From Phoronis australis (lineage: Eukaryota; Animalia; Phoronida): a stretch of DNA of 64,000 nucleotides. A program made the translations under genes and the position numbers. The notes under the pieces were generated by a model. The model did not search any database. It was not told the origin of the DNA and was given only the letters and a program-made list of their open reading frames with translations. The stretch spans positions 1,287,282 to 1,351,281 of the forward strand of contig NMRA01000019.1 in NCBI GenBank assembly GCA_002633005.1, written 5' to 3'. Of this stretch, positions 30,401 through 42,400 are shown one piece after another (within the stretch, counting starts at the first letter, position 1; the number at the start of each line of letters is the position of its first letter).

Positions 30401-33400
30401 AGGTGGGAAGCTCTCGTATTTTGAACAAATCTCACAACTCACGGAAAGATGTCAAATTCTCAATATTTCGATGAATATAACTGCCGGGTTATAGAGGATG
30501 TGAGGCGACCGAAGGGACAGTACAAGTGCCTTACTGGCTTACCGATTTCGTTGCTGCCTGTCGATTTCTGAATTCAAACGTTGGCAATAATGTATGTTTG
30601 TGTATGATCTTGAAGTAATAAAAAACGGCTAATCAAATTTTGTTTTTCGCTTATTGCATCTCGGTCAAACTGGTTAGCAGATTTAACTAATGTCGCTGGC
30701 TGTTATTTACTATTTGTTGCGTCAGCCCCCACGAAAGCGTGACAGTGTGAATTATCGTTTCCACATTCCATTTTTAGCCATCCAGAATAATTTTGTTTAT
30801 ACATTGGCCATTTTCAGCCTGAACAAAAATTCTTACCATTCGACTCTGAAATATCTACGATGTAGACTGCTTGACGATAGTGTGTAGGAGGTTCACGCAG
30901 CTAGTTACAGGGATGGGCTTAGGGAGCATCGAGCCGGGAAATATGGGAATAGACTTGACATCGCAGTTTTGGGGAACATAGGCAACGGAGGAATATCGTA
31001 AATAACTGGGTCTTTCGTAACAACAGCTTAAAAGTACATAGTCACGCCCGTTTTTGTTACTTCGTCGGACTGTCGCTATGTGTGACTGATTTGTAGTGGT
31101 GCACGTGCGCAAGTTCCCACACTTTGNACATGTAGACGCAAGCAGAAATAACTATATGTATGGTACATGTAGACGCAAGCAGAAATAACTATATGTATGG
31201 TACATGTAGACGCAAGCAGAAATAACTATATGCATGGTACATGTAGACGCAGGCAGAAATAACTATGTGTACCGTACATGTACACGCAAGCAGAAATAAC
31301 TATATGTATGGTACATGTAGACGCAAGCAGAAATAACTATATGTACCGTACATGCAGGCAGAAATAACTATATGTACGGTACATGTAGACACAGGGAGAA
31401 ATCCCTATATGTATGGTACATGTAGACACAGGCAGAAATAACTACATGAAAATGATATGAGAAACAAGGTGATTTACAGACAAGAAGATTAATCTAAATC
31501 CTCACAGGATTGCTGAATGTACAAACATCAACATTAACATGAACAAACGACGCTGATTTTTTCAAATTTATTTATGAGGCACTGTTTATGCAGACCAGAC
31601 ATACGCCCATGTGGCCTAATGTAAGCTCCACTTACCTGAATGTTCATTTTGTCTTTCTCTGCTGTGACCTGAACAGGTTCAAACACATCATCCTGTGCTC
31701 CTGCCGTGGGAACAATCACACTCACTGTTGTCCTGGCAATTCTTGACAGAGTCCTCTGTAGGAAGCCAAGACTATCTGGTTCATCACTGAAGAAGAAATT
31801 TGTATAGTTCGGTAGCAGCAAAGATTGTGGAATCCTTATTGATCAGTCACAAAAAACCTGTGTTGAATGAGCAGCTCATAGGTGTGTACCACACACTGGC
31901 CGTTTCGTTAGGCTTGTGAGCTTCCTACCGTGTAATATACATTCACACTCTCTGCTTGTATGCCCCTCTTCCTGCTGTCACGTGTATTTACTGTTTATTT
32001 CCCTTCGGATATGTTCATTTCACTTATTGCCTGATGACGAGACATGCGGTCTCCAAATTAAAATAGCTAGTGTCTTATTTCTTTGTCTGTTATATCTCTC
32101 TGTGTTTTGCTACATGGTAGCACACTTGAAGAAAGGAGATTGTTTAGAGACTCAAAGAGCGAGTCTGTAATAAGCTGTCAAACAAAAAGTACAGCCGTGT
32201 CTTCAACGAAGTTTGAGAAGAACAAATTCCAGAACATTACTTAAACCAAACAGATAACACCTAGGAACTAAATCTTAAACATGCTTTCTGTGACAACAAA
32301 ACATTGACAGACTAAACTAATGTTTATCAACATGATTATATTCTAAGTACACTGTCAACTTTAAAGGAAACTAGTTCTGGTGTCCAAAAGCCCTAAACAT
32401 CCCAGTCTCTGATCAACCACAAAGACAAAATTAGTGTTAGTAGCTGCAGTAGGATAACAACTGATGTAGCCACAAGTATTCAAAAGGAGGAGGCAAACAT
32501 GATATTGTTGGCAACTCACAGGGGAAGGGGGTCTGGAAGGCCAATCACAAATTGGAAACAAGTTTCGACAAGGAGGAGGACTTTTTGCAATGAATAGGGT
32601 CATGGCCACATCGTGTCTCCTAGTGTGGCTACTCCAGCGAGCTTAACATCTTGCACATTAAACCTGAATCCATATCATTGGAGTACACCAGTTACCTTGA
32701 CATTACAGACTTTCCCATCTATTGGTTGGTTGGCTTACTAAGTGATTCAGTCCAGCTGACAGAGTTCGTTCTCTGGCTTATAGAACAGCCATTTGATGTA
32801 AAATACTCAAACTTGTAGACACATGGCCCGGGAAAACCAAACCCATTACTTAACACTAGACAAAAATCGACCAATCACAGTGTGTGAAGTTTGAAAGTTT
32901 ACTGTCTGGTAGTATGCCATATGATTGGCCAATTTCCAGTCAAGTCTCGTATTTGGTTACACTCAGACCCTGGTTTACACGAGATACAAGACAAAGTCCT
33001 GATCCCCCAACAAAGTAACCCTCCGTCCTAACATAAACGTCTTACACATCAGACTCAGTATCCTCTTCTTCATCTAAACTGTCCTCTGGTCCGGACTCCA
33101 GCCAACTGCGGTCATCAGTCAAACTGGGTACCAGCACACAGTTGTACAGGCTGTTGTCGTTTACCTGCAAATAGGTGGTTTTCATCAAATGTAGAAGCAT
33201 AATTGTCTGCATATTGTCAAAAATGACATGTTTTAAGTACCAAATGAGGCATTCAAAGATATGGCAAATGTGTAGAACAAACAGTGTCCACTTGAACAGG
33301 AAGAACATAAAATTCATCTGATGACAACTCTTTACCTTATAGTATTTACCGCGCAATGGACAAATGCAAACTTATTTTTCTCTACCACTAGCTTTGTCTA

Positions 33401-36400
33401 TATTGTTCAGATGACATAAACCACCATATGGCAAAGTTTCTATAATTTGCAGCAAGATAAATACAGAAAATTACAATTGTGGCGATTACTTTTGTGCAAA
33501 ATACATAAAGATTTTCTACATCATGTCACTGAAAGATCTCGCACATTTGGGATTAAAATTAACTTTGCGTGCCTTTCATCTAACTGTCAGTCTTAATAAT
33601 TCACTTATTATTCTAATTAGTTTCCCAGTTTCATGGATCACAGTAGCACATTTAGACAAATTGTACAGACGTGCTTCAGAGGTTAGGCTCACTTTTGTGT
33701 TTTTATTCAGGCACAACTTGAGGTTGACTCCCAGCTGGTTGTGAAACTCCATTTGTGGTAGGTTAGCAACACATCTCAGGGTGTTGGTCGGCTGACGACT
33801 CATGGCCTGTGAAATAACAGTACACAGAAATTATAGTTAAATTAAGTCACCTGGCACTGAGTGTAGGACCACTTCATGCAACAGTCCTTGAACAAAATCC
33901 TAATAGGGACTTCCCTAACTAGTTTGGGAACTTGGTTAAGTCCCTAATTAGGGACTGTTTCATGCAACCAGGCAGTTCCCATTAATGCATTTTTCAGGAA
34001 ATATGTTAAACTGTAGCTAGCACTTGATTCCACAACATAATTTAGATATTAGTTGACTGACACGTTTTCTAAAAAAATTAAACGCAAACAATTAATTGGA
34101 ATTCAGTCTTGAAACAAAAATCAACTGTACATTTAAATTATGACAACTAGGTTGAAACAGAATAATACATAAAACATGAAAACAAACAAACTGGTTTACT
34201 TAGCTAATGTGTATTACATTAATTGCATTTGCCTGTTCCTAACTGTGCTAATATATAGCAGGAACTATTTAAAATGACAATGCTATTTAAACATCATCTA
34301 TGCTAAACAAAGTGCAGAACGGATTGACAACTTGTAAATGTGAAAATTAAAAATTCTGCATATAGGTGACCTTTGCACTAATGACGTGCCTTGGGGGCTC
34401 CCATAGCCTGCATCACGCAGTGTTATTCACCAACACCACATCATGATACTTATTGGACATTGTTGAGTGATTTACGGCGGCTCATCTTCGACACAAAACT
34501 CGCTCTTAAAAACATTTGGCAATTTTCAACGTACTTCATATTCAAATCATCGCTATATGTTGTGTTTCTAAGTAAGTTGACCAACCAATCAGAGATAAGG
34601 AATTAGTGTGCAAGTTCCACTTTAACCAATAAAATCTTCACGCGACTTCTCATTGTACCTAGTGCAAGAAACAACGATACAATACTCACATTAATTATGT
34701 CCATAATGACATCCATGCTGCTCGGTGTGATGTTAATCAACAGCTGGTCACGTGAACTAAACATCATGTACCAGCACTGATCAGTCTCCACATCACCGTC
34801 GACGGTGTCATAACCCTCCTCGATACCTGCAAGACGATGGTGACAGGAAATGATACAGCGCATTATCAGTAAACAAATGGTGGAGTGTGACTAGGTTGAT
34901 GCTGGAATGCGTTCAATAAACCTAGCTACTCACGTGTTGAAGCTAGTGACACCAAGTGGTTCGCTTGGAATGACTCACTTTTTGCAAACGAAAAATAATT
35001 ACAAANAAGGGTTTTGGAGATAGAGCAACGGACGCCGGACGCCGCCCGGACGGACGGAGATGACGGCATAATGCGTCCACATATAAATATGTGGGCGCAT
35101 AAAAATGACAATGCTATTTAAACATCATCTATGCTAAACAAAGTGCACAACGGATTGACAACTTGTAAATGTGAAAACAAAAAATTCTGCATATAGGTGA
35201 CCTTTGCACTAATAACGTGCCTTGGGGGCTCCCATAGCCTGCATCATGCAGTGTTATTCACCAACACCACATCATGATACTTATTGGACATTGTTGAGTG
35301 ATTTACGGCGGATCATCTTCAACATAAAAGTCGTACTTAAAAACATTTGGCAATTTTCAACGTACTTCATATTCAAATCATCACTATATGTTGTGTTTCT
35401 AAGTAAGTTGACCAACCAATCAGAGATAAGGAATTAGTGTGCAAGTTCCACCTTAACCACTAAAATCTTCACGCGACTTCTCATTGTACCTAGTGCAAGA
35501 AACACCGATACAATACTCACATTAATTATGTCCATAATGACATCCATGCTGCTCGGTGTGATGTTAATCAACAGCTGGTCACGTGAACTAAACATCATGT
35601 ACCAGCACTGATCAGTCTCCACATCACCGTCGACGGTGTCATAACCCTCCTCGATACCTGCAAGACGATGGTGACAGGAAATGATACAGCGCATTATCAG
35701 TAAACAAATGGTGGAGTGTGACTAGGTTGATGCTGGAATGCGTTCAATAAACCTAGCTACTCACGTGTTGAAGCTAGTGACACCAAGTGGTTCGCTTGGA
35801 ATGACTCACTTTTTGCAAACGAAAAATAATTACAAAAAAGATGAAAATGAGGAAACTAGAAATCAAATATGAGGAAATCCTCTTAAAAGAGGAAAATTCT
35901 AAGCACTGTAACATGGCCTTACTGAGTGCACCCCATGTGGACAGTAGTGCCATGACTAGCAACTAATGGCAAGTGAGAGTGAAGCTTAATAATTAGCTGC
36001 TGTGTGAGAAGCGCACATACTCGTGCAAAGTATGGGTTTAATGAACATTAATTAAATTGTGACATTTACAAGACCATAACATCTGAGAGAAACAAAAAAT
36101 ACCAGTACCAAAATAAAAAATGATATTGTTAGCAAAGATTTGAACCCACCCTCTCTGAAGCAGAAACCATGTGTACCACTATACTGTGACAGAGACATAC
36201 ATTGTCAACTTATTTTAAAATAAATCGGGTTTCAAGCATATAAAATTAAGTTACAGTGATTTGAAAGATTTGTAACTCCACTGTCCAAGCACTTGAAGAA
36301 TCCGCCAACATTTGGACGGTGCACCGACATTGTAAAATTGAGACTGAAAAATTGATAAAAACGGACAAAAATAGTAAAAAACAAACAAACAAACGAACAA

Positions 36401-39400
36401 ACTACTACCAATCACACAATGTCTATAAAGACAGCATTAGTATCGCCCCTTCTTCACCCCATAACAAACACATGAGATTGTACCAGCAGGGCTTTGATTA
36501 AAAAAATTATCTTCGTGTGATAACACAACTACCTATTAACATATCCGACAACCAAATTTTATCTCAACATCAAAAATATTCATTTTAAAGCAAAGTGAGC
36601 AAGATAGCAAAATGCTATTTCATTTACACATTTCAGTTTCCATTAGAGGTGTTAAGATACACAAAAGACTTGTTCATCCAGTTAATTTAGAGAGAACCGC
36701 AAGACATGAATTAGCACAAGGCATGCAACTTTATCACGATACAAAACAACTGGGGAGAAGAAAAGTGGAATGATGGTGATCCACTAAACATGAACAGATT
36801 TAACATTGATACGAGGTACGACGACAAATAAGTTAATAAATTAATCCCTTGAAATCATGCCATTGTCAGTCAAGGGAGATGCAGACAAAAACAAAGAGTA
36901 CACAGAGCAAGCTTGACCACTAGGATTGCCATTACGTACTACGCAAACTGAAACAGAACAGACGTCAGTCAAAGCAGTAGTCATTTGGAAGCCATCACCA
37001 GGGAATTATGGGATGCTAAGGGAGAAATCAATGGATGCAGGAACAACAGGATCAAATGGAAAGCAATAAATACTCTAAAGAAACCACCGTGTCTACTAGT
37101 GGACATGTAACAGCTAAGAGAAAATATAAGAACAATTACTGGGAGGAAAGTGTACCAACAAAAGATGGAGACACTGTATGTACAACAAGTCACAGAGAGG
37201 CTAACCAGCATCCATATTGACAGGCCCCAGCGAAGTCAAGAAGACTGGCTGATCGTAGAATGAGTCTAGGTCATCGCCAGTGTCATCATTCTCATTGTCA
37301 CTGACATCAGCCTCGTCTCCATCATCCTCATCATCATCACTGAACAGGTTACTGAATGCACTCGTTAGTGAGGTCAGAAAGGATGCCTCCGAGTCGGAGT
37401 CCGATTCACCCTGAATGTCGCTATGGTGACTAAGTGCATCTGAAAACAACAGTAACGTTTGCAGGTGTAAGCACAAGATTACAGATGCTACCAAAAGGGG
37501 TCACAACCGCATCAAGAGGAATGCTGTAAGTCCATGAGAACAATAGTCTTTGCACTGCAAGCCTTGCAACATTTTAGAAAGACAGTCAGAGGAGAGAAGC
37601 TCTTGAACCTGACGCACCGTCCTGCTCAGTTGTAGAAATTTGATACACCAAGTATTTTATGATGCCAACTACAGGAATAATGTAAAATACAAGACGAAAG
37701 TAATCGGACAAAATATCGATTTCAGATTCTAAGTACAAAATGACTTAGCCACCTTACTAACTTTCCACTTTTATATTAAGAAAATGAAGGGAATTTCAAT
37801 TCTCAGACATGAAGGAAGTCTACACTGACATTGAGTTCCGCTTCCACTCAGCAGTCATGACAGGGAGTTCTGGGTAATTTTGTTTGAATACTTTTGACTT
37901 GTACTGTCATTTTGTTTGAATACTTTTGACTTGTACTGTAACTTTAAATCATTATTTATTGCTCTGTTCCAGACATGTTCCTCGTGTGTTTTGAAGATAG
38001 CTCCTCTGGATAAAAGTCTGGAAAAGCAATAAATATTTTTTTTATTAAAGTTCAAGATCCTGACACAACTATGGCCAACATATCTCTTCACTGCTGTGAT
38101 CCCACATTCAGAAACAGTCAGTTTTGTAGGTCATCAATTACACCTGATTTATTGAGTTTTAGAAGACAACTACCTGCTGTATGTGAAAGTTTTAAACTTT
38201 TGTAATATAAGTTTTTGTGACTTGAGCGAACCTTATTTAACGTTGAACAAAAACAGAATAACAGAGGACAATAGGGGTCCCGGATTGCTGCAGAAATGTG
38301 ACGATTGGTCTTTAAAGACAAAACAGTGCTCATAAGTGAACATAAAATTAGTCATCTAATAAATAATAGCTTATAATAAGTACATGAAAGAAACGATTAT
38401 TATAATTAAAATTTATTTATTCTGGGTTGCCTCCTCAATGAATGGACACTGGCTTTCAAGAGGGCCCAGAAAGAAATATAATACAGCAGGGATATAACTG
38501 TTTACATAGCAACAACAATGAATGAAACTAACAAATTATATAATGAAACAATACCGAAATAAGTTATATAATATTATTGGATGAATTATATGACAAAAAA
38601 AATTATAAACTAAACCAGACAAAAAATCTAGTAAACAACTAAATACAATAAAACACATAAATCAGGGAATTAAAAAACACAGTAAAATAAAGACATACAC
38701 ATAACAAAGTAGGATTTTGAGCAGCAATGTCTGAGTTTGAACGGGGCTATTGTAGTTGAGTTTCAACAATTTGAATAAAGTTTGTTGAAAGACTTAGTTC
38801 CAGGGAATGCAAAGGATCGTTGACAACCAGAATTTAGTGACAACCAGTTCAGAACCAACACTATTTCTTTTTGTACAACAGATTCTGTGAATTTATTTCA
38901 CAGATAAGTGTTTGCCCATTATGGAATGCCTCGTAAGTTGTGCAATCAACGTGAAATGCTCTGGGTTCACGAAGCCTAGTCCAGACTCCTGATGCCAGAA
39001 TGCTACCATAGTAACATGTGCGTCTCTGACACAGTGACTACAACCATGTATTCCTTGTATAATTCAGCCACCATGCTGTGTAAGATCGATATATACATAT
39101 ATATATATATATATATCACAGGAATAAAAAAAATGGACAGTATCAATGCATTAAGAGGACTGTAAAAAAAGAAGTTACCCAATATGTTTAGCTATTTTCT
39201 TTCACACAACATCGATATGTTTGTCCCAGGTCAATCTTTTGCCGATCCAAACACCTAGGTATATGGATTTTTAACATTTCAAAAGCTTTTACTCGAAATC
39301 AAGGGTGCTCTCTACCTTTGGCTAGTATATGACGAGAGCCAACTGCCATTGACTTTTAGTTTTTGTAATATTTGGGCAGACTGTGTTAAGGAGAGCCACT

Positions 39401-42400
39401 GTCTAACATAGACTTAGCTTTTGTAATATTCAGGGAGAGCTAATGTTATGGAGAGCTACTGTCTAACATTGATTTAGTTTTTGTAATGTTCAGGGAGAGT
39501 TTGATATGGAGAGCCACTGTCTAACATTGATTGTTTTGTAATATTCAGGGAGAGTTTGTTGTGGAGAGCCACTGATTAACATTCTTAAGTTCCTCATTCA
39601 GCCCAGACTGAAGGTCGTCATGCTTTGAAGCGTAAAAATGAAATACGTCATCCGCATTTCTTTGACTAACTATTATGGTAAATTATAGATAAATAATACA
39701 AAAATTACGAGCCCAAGAATAGATCCCTGGGGAACTCCATATTATGTGACTGGGAATTACTGGTAGACCTCTCTCGGGCACGCATGACCTGGCATCTGCC
39801 AGGAAGCTAGGAGAAGTTGTTAAACCATCTGTTGTAGGTTACATCAAAACTGGGCAAATCCCCCTGCAAAATATGGTGCCTGATGGTATTGAATGTTTTT
39901 CTAGAACTACATTGCATTTGACTTGAGTTGCCGCTAAGTGCTTTCGTTAAGAATTTCACATTGACAACTTTACAGGAGCGAAATTCAGCTTTAAGACAAA
40001 GAGCTGTAAATAAAAGACAAGTGACATTAACATGTTGATTACACAATGCATGAATACCACGTGACACACCTTACTAAATAATATACAAACACTGGACAAA
40101 AATGAGGGAAACTCTACCCACATCAAAACTTTAAATTAATATCTATCGATCACGAGTGATCAATGAAGTCAAGACAAAGGAAACAATAAATAAAATAAGC
40201 AGGAAAGGGATGTGAAACCAGTGTTAGCGCCATGTCACAAGCAGACGTCACATGTGGACGAACAGACAGTTGTAACTACTATGTAATGGGATAGGCATCA
40301 TCACTGTCCGTAATAGAAACACTATCTAGTAATAAGCAATTTTATATTGAAAAATTTTTGGAAATCATTAAAATTGACAAGAACATCAACTTTGAACAAT
40401 AGTTCTTATAAACATACACTGATGCGACAACAAAAATCGACTATTGGTGATCATAATAAACCTTTTTGAAAACAAAAACTATAATTGTAAAATGCCTATT
40501 GAAAGCAGAAATCAATTCCAATGAAGTAACAAGTTAGATAACTTATAAACAGAAAATCAATGAACTGGAACATACCTTCTGTATCTGTTTGTTTGATAGA
40601 AATGAAAAAATTAAGATAACAAAATTTACCGTGGGGTGCAAAATTGCTGCGCTCGAATCTTTGAATTTGCCAAGGTAATACATATTACATTACATAAAAA
40701 TTAAGAAGTATAACACAAATGTATGCAGGTAATACTCTCAACAGATGTTTTATACTAAATTCACATTACTGCCTAACACAGTAACAGTTTTCAGAAATAA
40801 TTGAATGAGATATTAAAGAGAATGAAAAAAATGAACATCTGAAATGGTACACTGTTACCATTAGACAAAATTAAGGAACTCAGAAATGCATGGTAACATC
40901 TAATTATCTTCGGAGATGCCAAAAGTGACAAACAGCATTATCCAATCATGATGAAGCACTTACCGCTCTTCTCACTCTGATTACGAGGTCTAGCAGAGCG
41001 CGATCGGCGTATGATGGTCATCTCAGTGTCAGGGTCAGTCTCATTCTCTGAACTCTCTTCTCCGCTGTGGACATGTGATGCAAATGTGTGGTGGACTAGT
41101 CCATCGACGGCATCAGGGGGGGCCAGGATCTCATCTTTTGATGTACAGGCTATACGGTGGCTGGGTGCTTGAACGAGCTGTCAATTGATGCAGTAGACTT
41201 AATTATTGGACATGTTTTTGCAAAAGATAAATGGATAAAAAGAATGAATTTTCTGAGGAATGGGGCTTCGGGAGCTAAGTAGCCTGATGTAGCAATGTGA
41301 CGATCACTCAGAAGTGGATGGACGGTGCTGCGCAGAAGTTGTGGGATACGATTAATTGAATTATGGGAATGACTTCCATGTTTCTGTACAATCTAATGTC
41401 TCGCAATCCACAAAACTTTAACAAGGCTGACGATACGATTTCACCTTTCATCCAACCAAAAAGAAAGACATTTCGTAAATAAACACCATCAAATAAAACA
41501 ATGAGTTGCCCAGTGACTCAAGGCTATCACCATCATTTTGGAACTGGAGGAGATAACTAGTCCGCACAGTGGCTTAGACTTTTGTGGATTGTTGTAAACC
41601 ATGGGTGTCCTTCACACATAGAAGGCCTTTTGAAATTGACATGCAAGGTCAGTGAAAACAGTTTTTGTGAACCCTGCTCTTAATCACACAACTTTCCCAG
41701 TTGAATTGGGTCACTGAACCCAAGGTTTATGGTGCTGGGTTATAATATAATTGGGTCACTGAACCCAAGGTTTATGGTGCTGGGTTATAATATAATTGCT
41801 TGATTACCCCCTATGTATAGCTGAATATCTAAACCCATGGAATGATAGTGATAATACCAAACATTGAGTTGCCCAATGACTCAAGGTTCTAATCATCATG
41901 ACGGGTGTGTTCCTGTTTAGCTCCTTTGTTAAGTGCCAAGCACAGCCTTTTGTCTGATATGACAACAGGTAGGCCACTTATCTACCAGGCTTATTACAGA
42001 CCACGTGTGAACACAGTCAAACCCAGAACGTTCAAAACGAATAGATTGTCGTAACTTCATGGGCAGCGCAACACTGAAAAAAGTGTGGGGGGGGGGCTAA
42101 AGCCTCCAGCACCCCTGTGGTGTGCCACCTATAGACCATGGGCAGCGCAGCACTGAAAAAAGTGGGGGGCTATAGCCTCCTATGGTATGCCGCTCATGAA
42201 CTTTGGTAGTAATTGGGAAATTTTGGCGATTCAAAAACTAAACATGATCAGCATTTGACGAGGAATTCAGAAATGCAATTGGTTTATGTTCAAATACGTT
42301 ATAACTTAACTTTTAATTTTAACAGCACAGCCCAGTCAGGCTAGATATGATCTTATTGAAGATTAGAGCAATTATCGAACAAAAGACAACTGGCGCTCCA

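Larger units (their letters stand above)
31128..35005. repeat. N-bounded block duplicating 26834-29605 and 35102-35836 (probable second haplotype)
   Basis: Colinear with low divergence; bounded by single Ns at 31127 and 35006. Confidence 0.9.

Noticed and set aside
27331-35657. Mutually exclusive duplicated exons
   Set aside because: Introns are as similar as exons and block edges coincide with Ns, pointing to haplotypes.
35765-35794. 30-nt in-frame micro-exon before a GTGAGT donor (also 34934-34963)
   Set aside because: The only frame-compatible acceptor lacks a pyrimidine tract; not supportable without RNA data.
36130-36200. Minus-strand tRNA-like segment with a GGTTCAAATC box
   Set aside because: Too degenerate to call; probably part of an old repeat.
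36999-37015. 17-nt exon after a strong pyrimidine tract
   Set aside because: Weak donor, shifts the frame, and read-through meets a stop.
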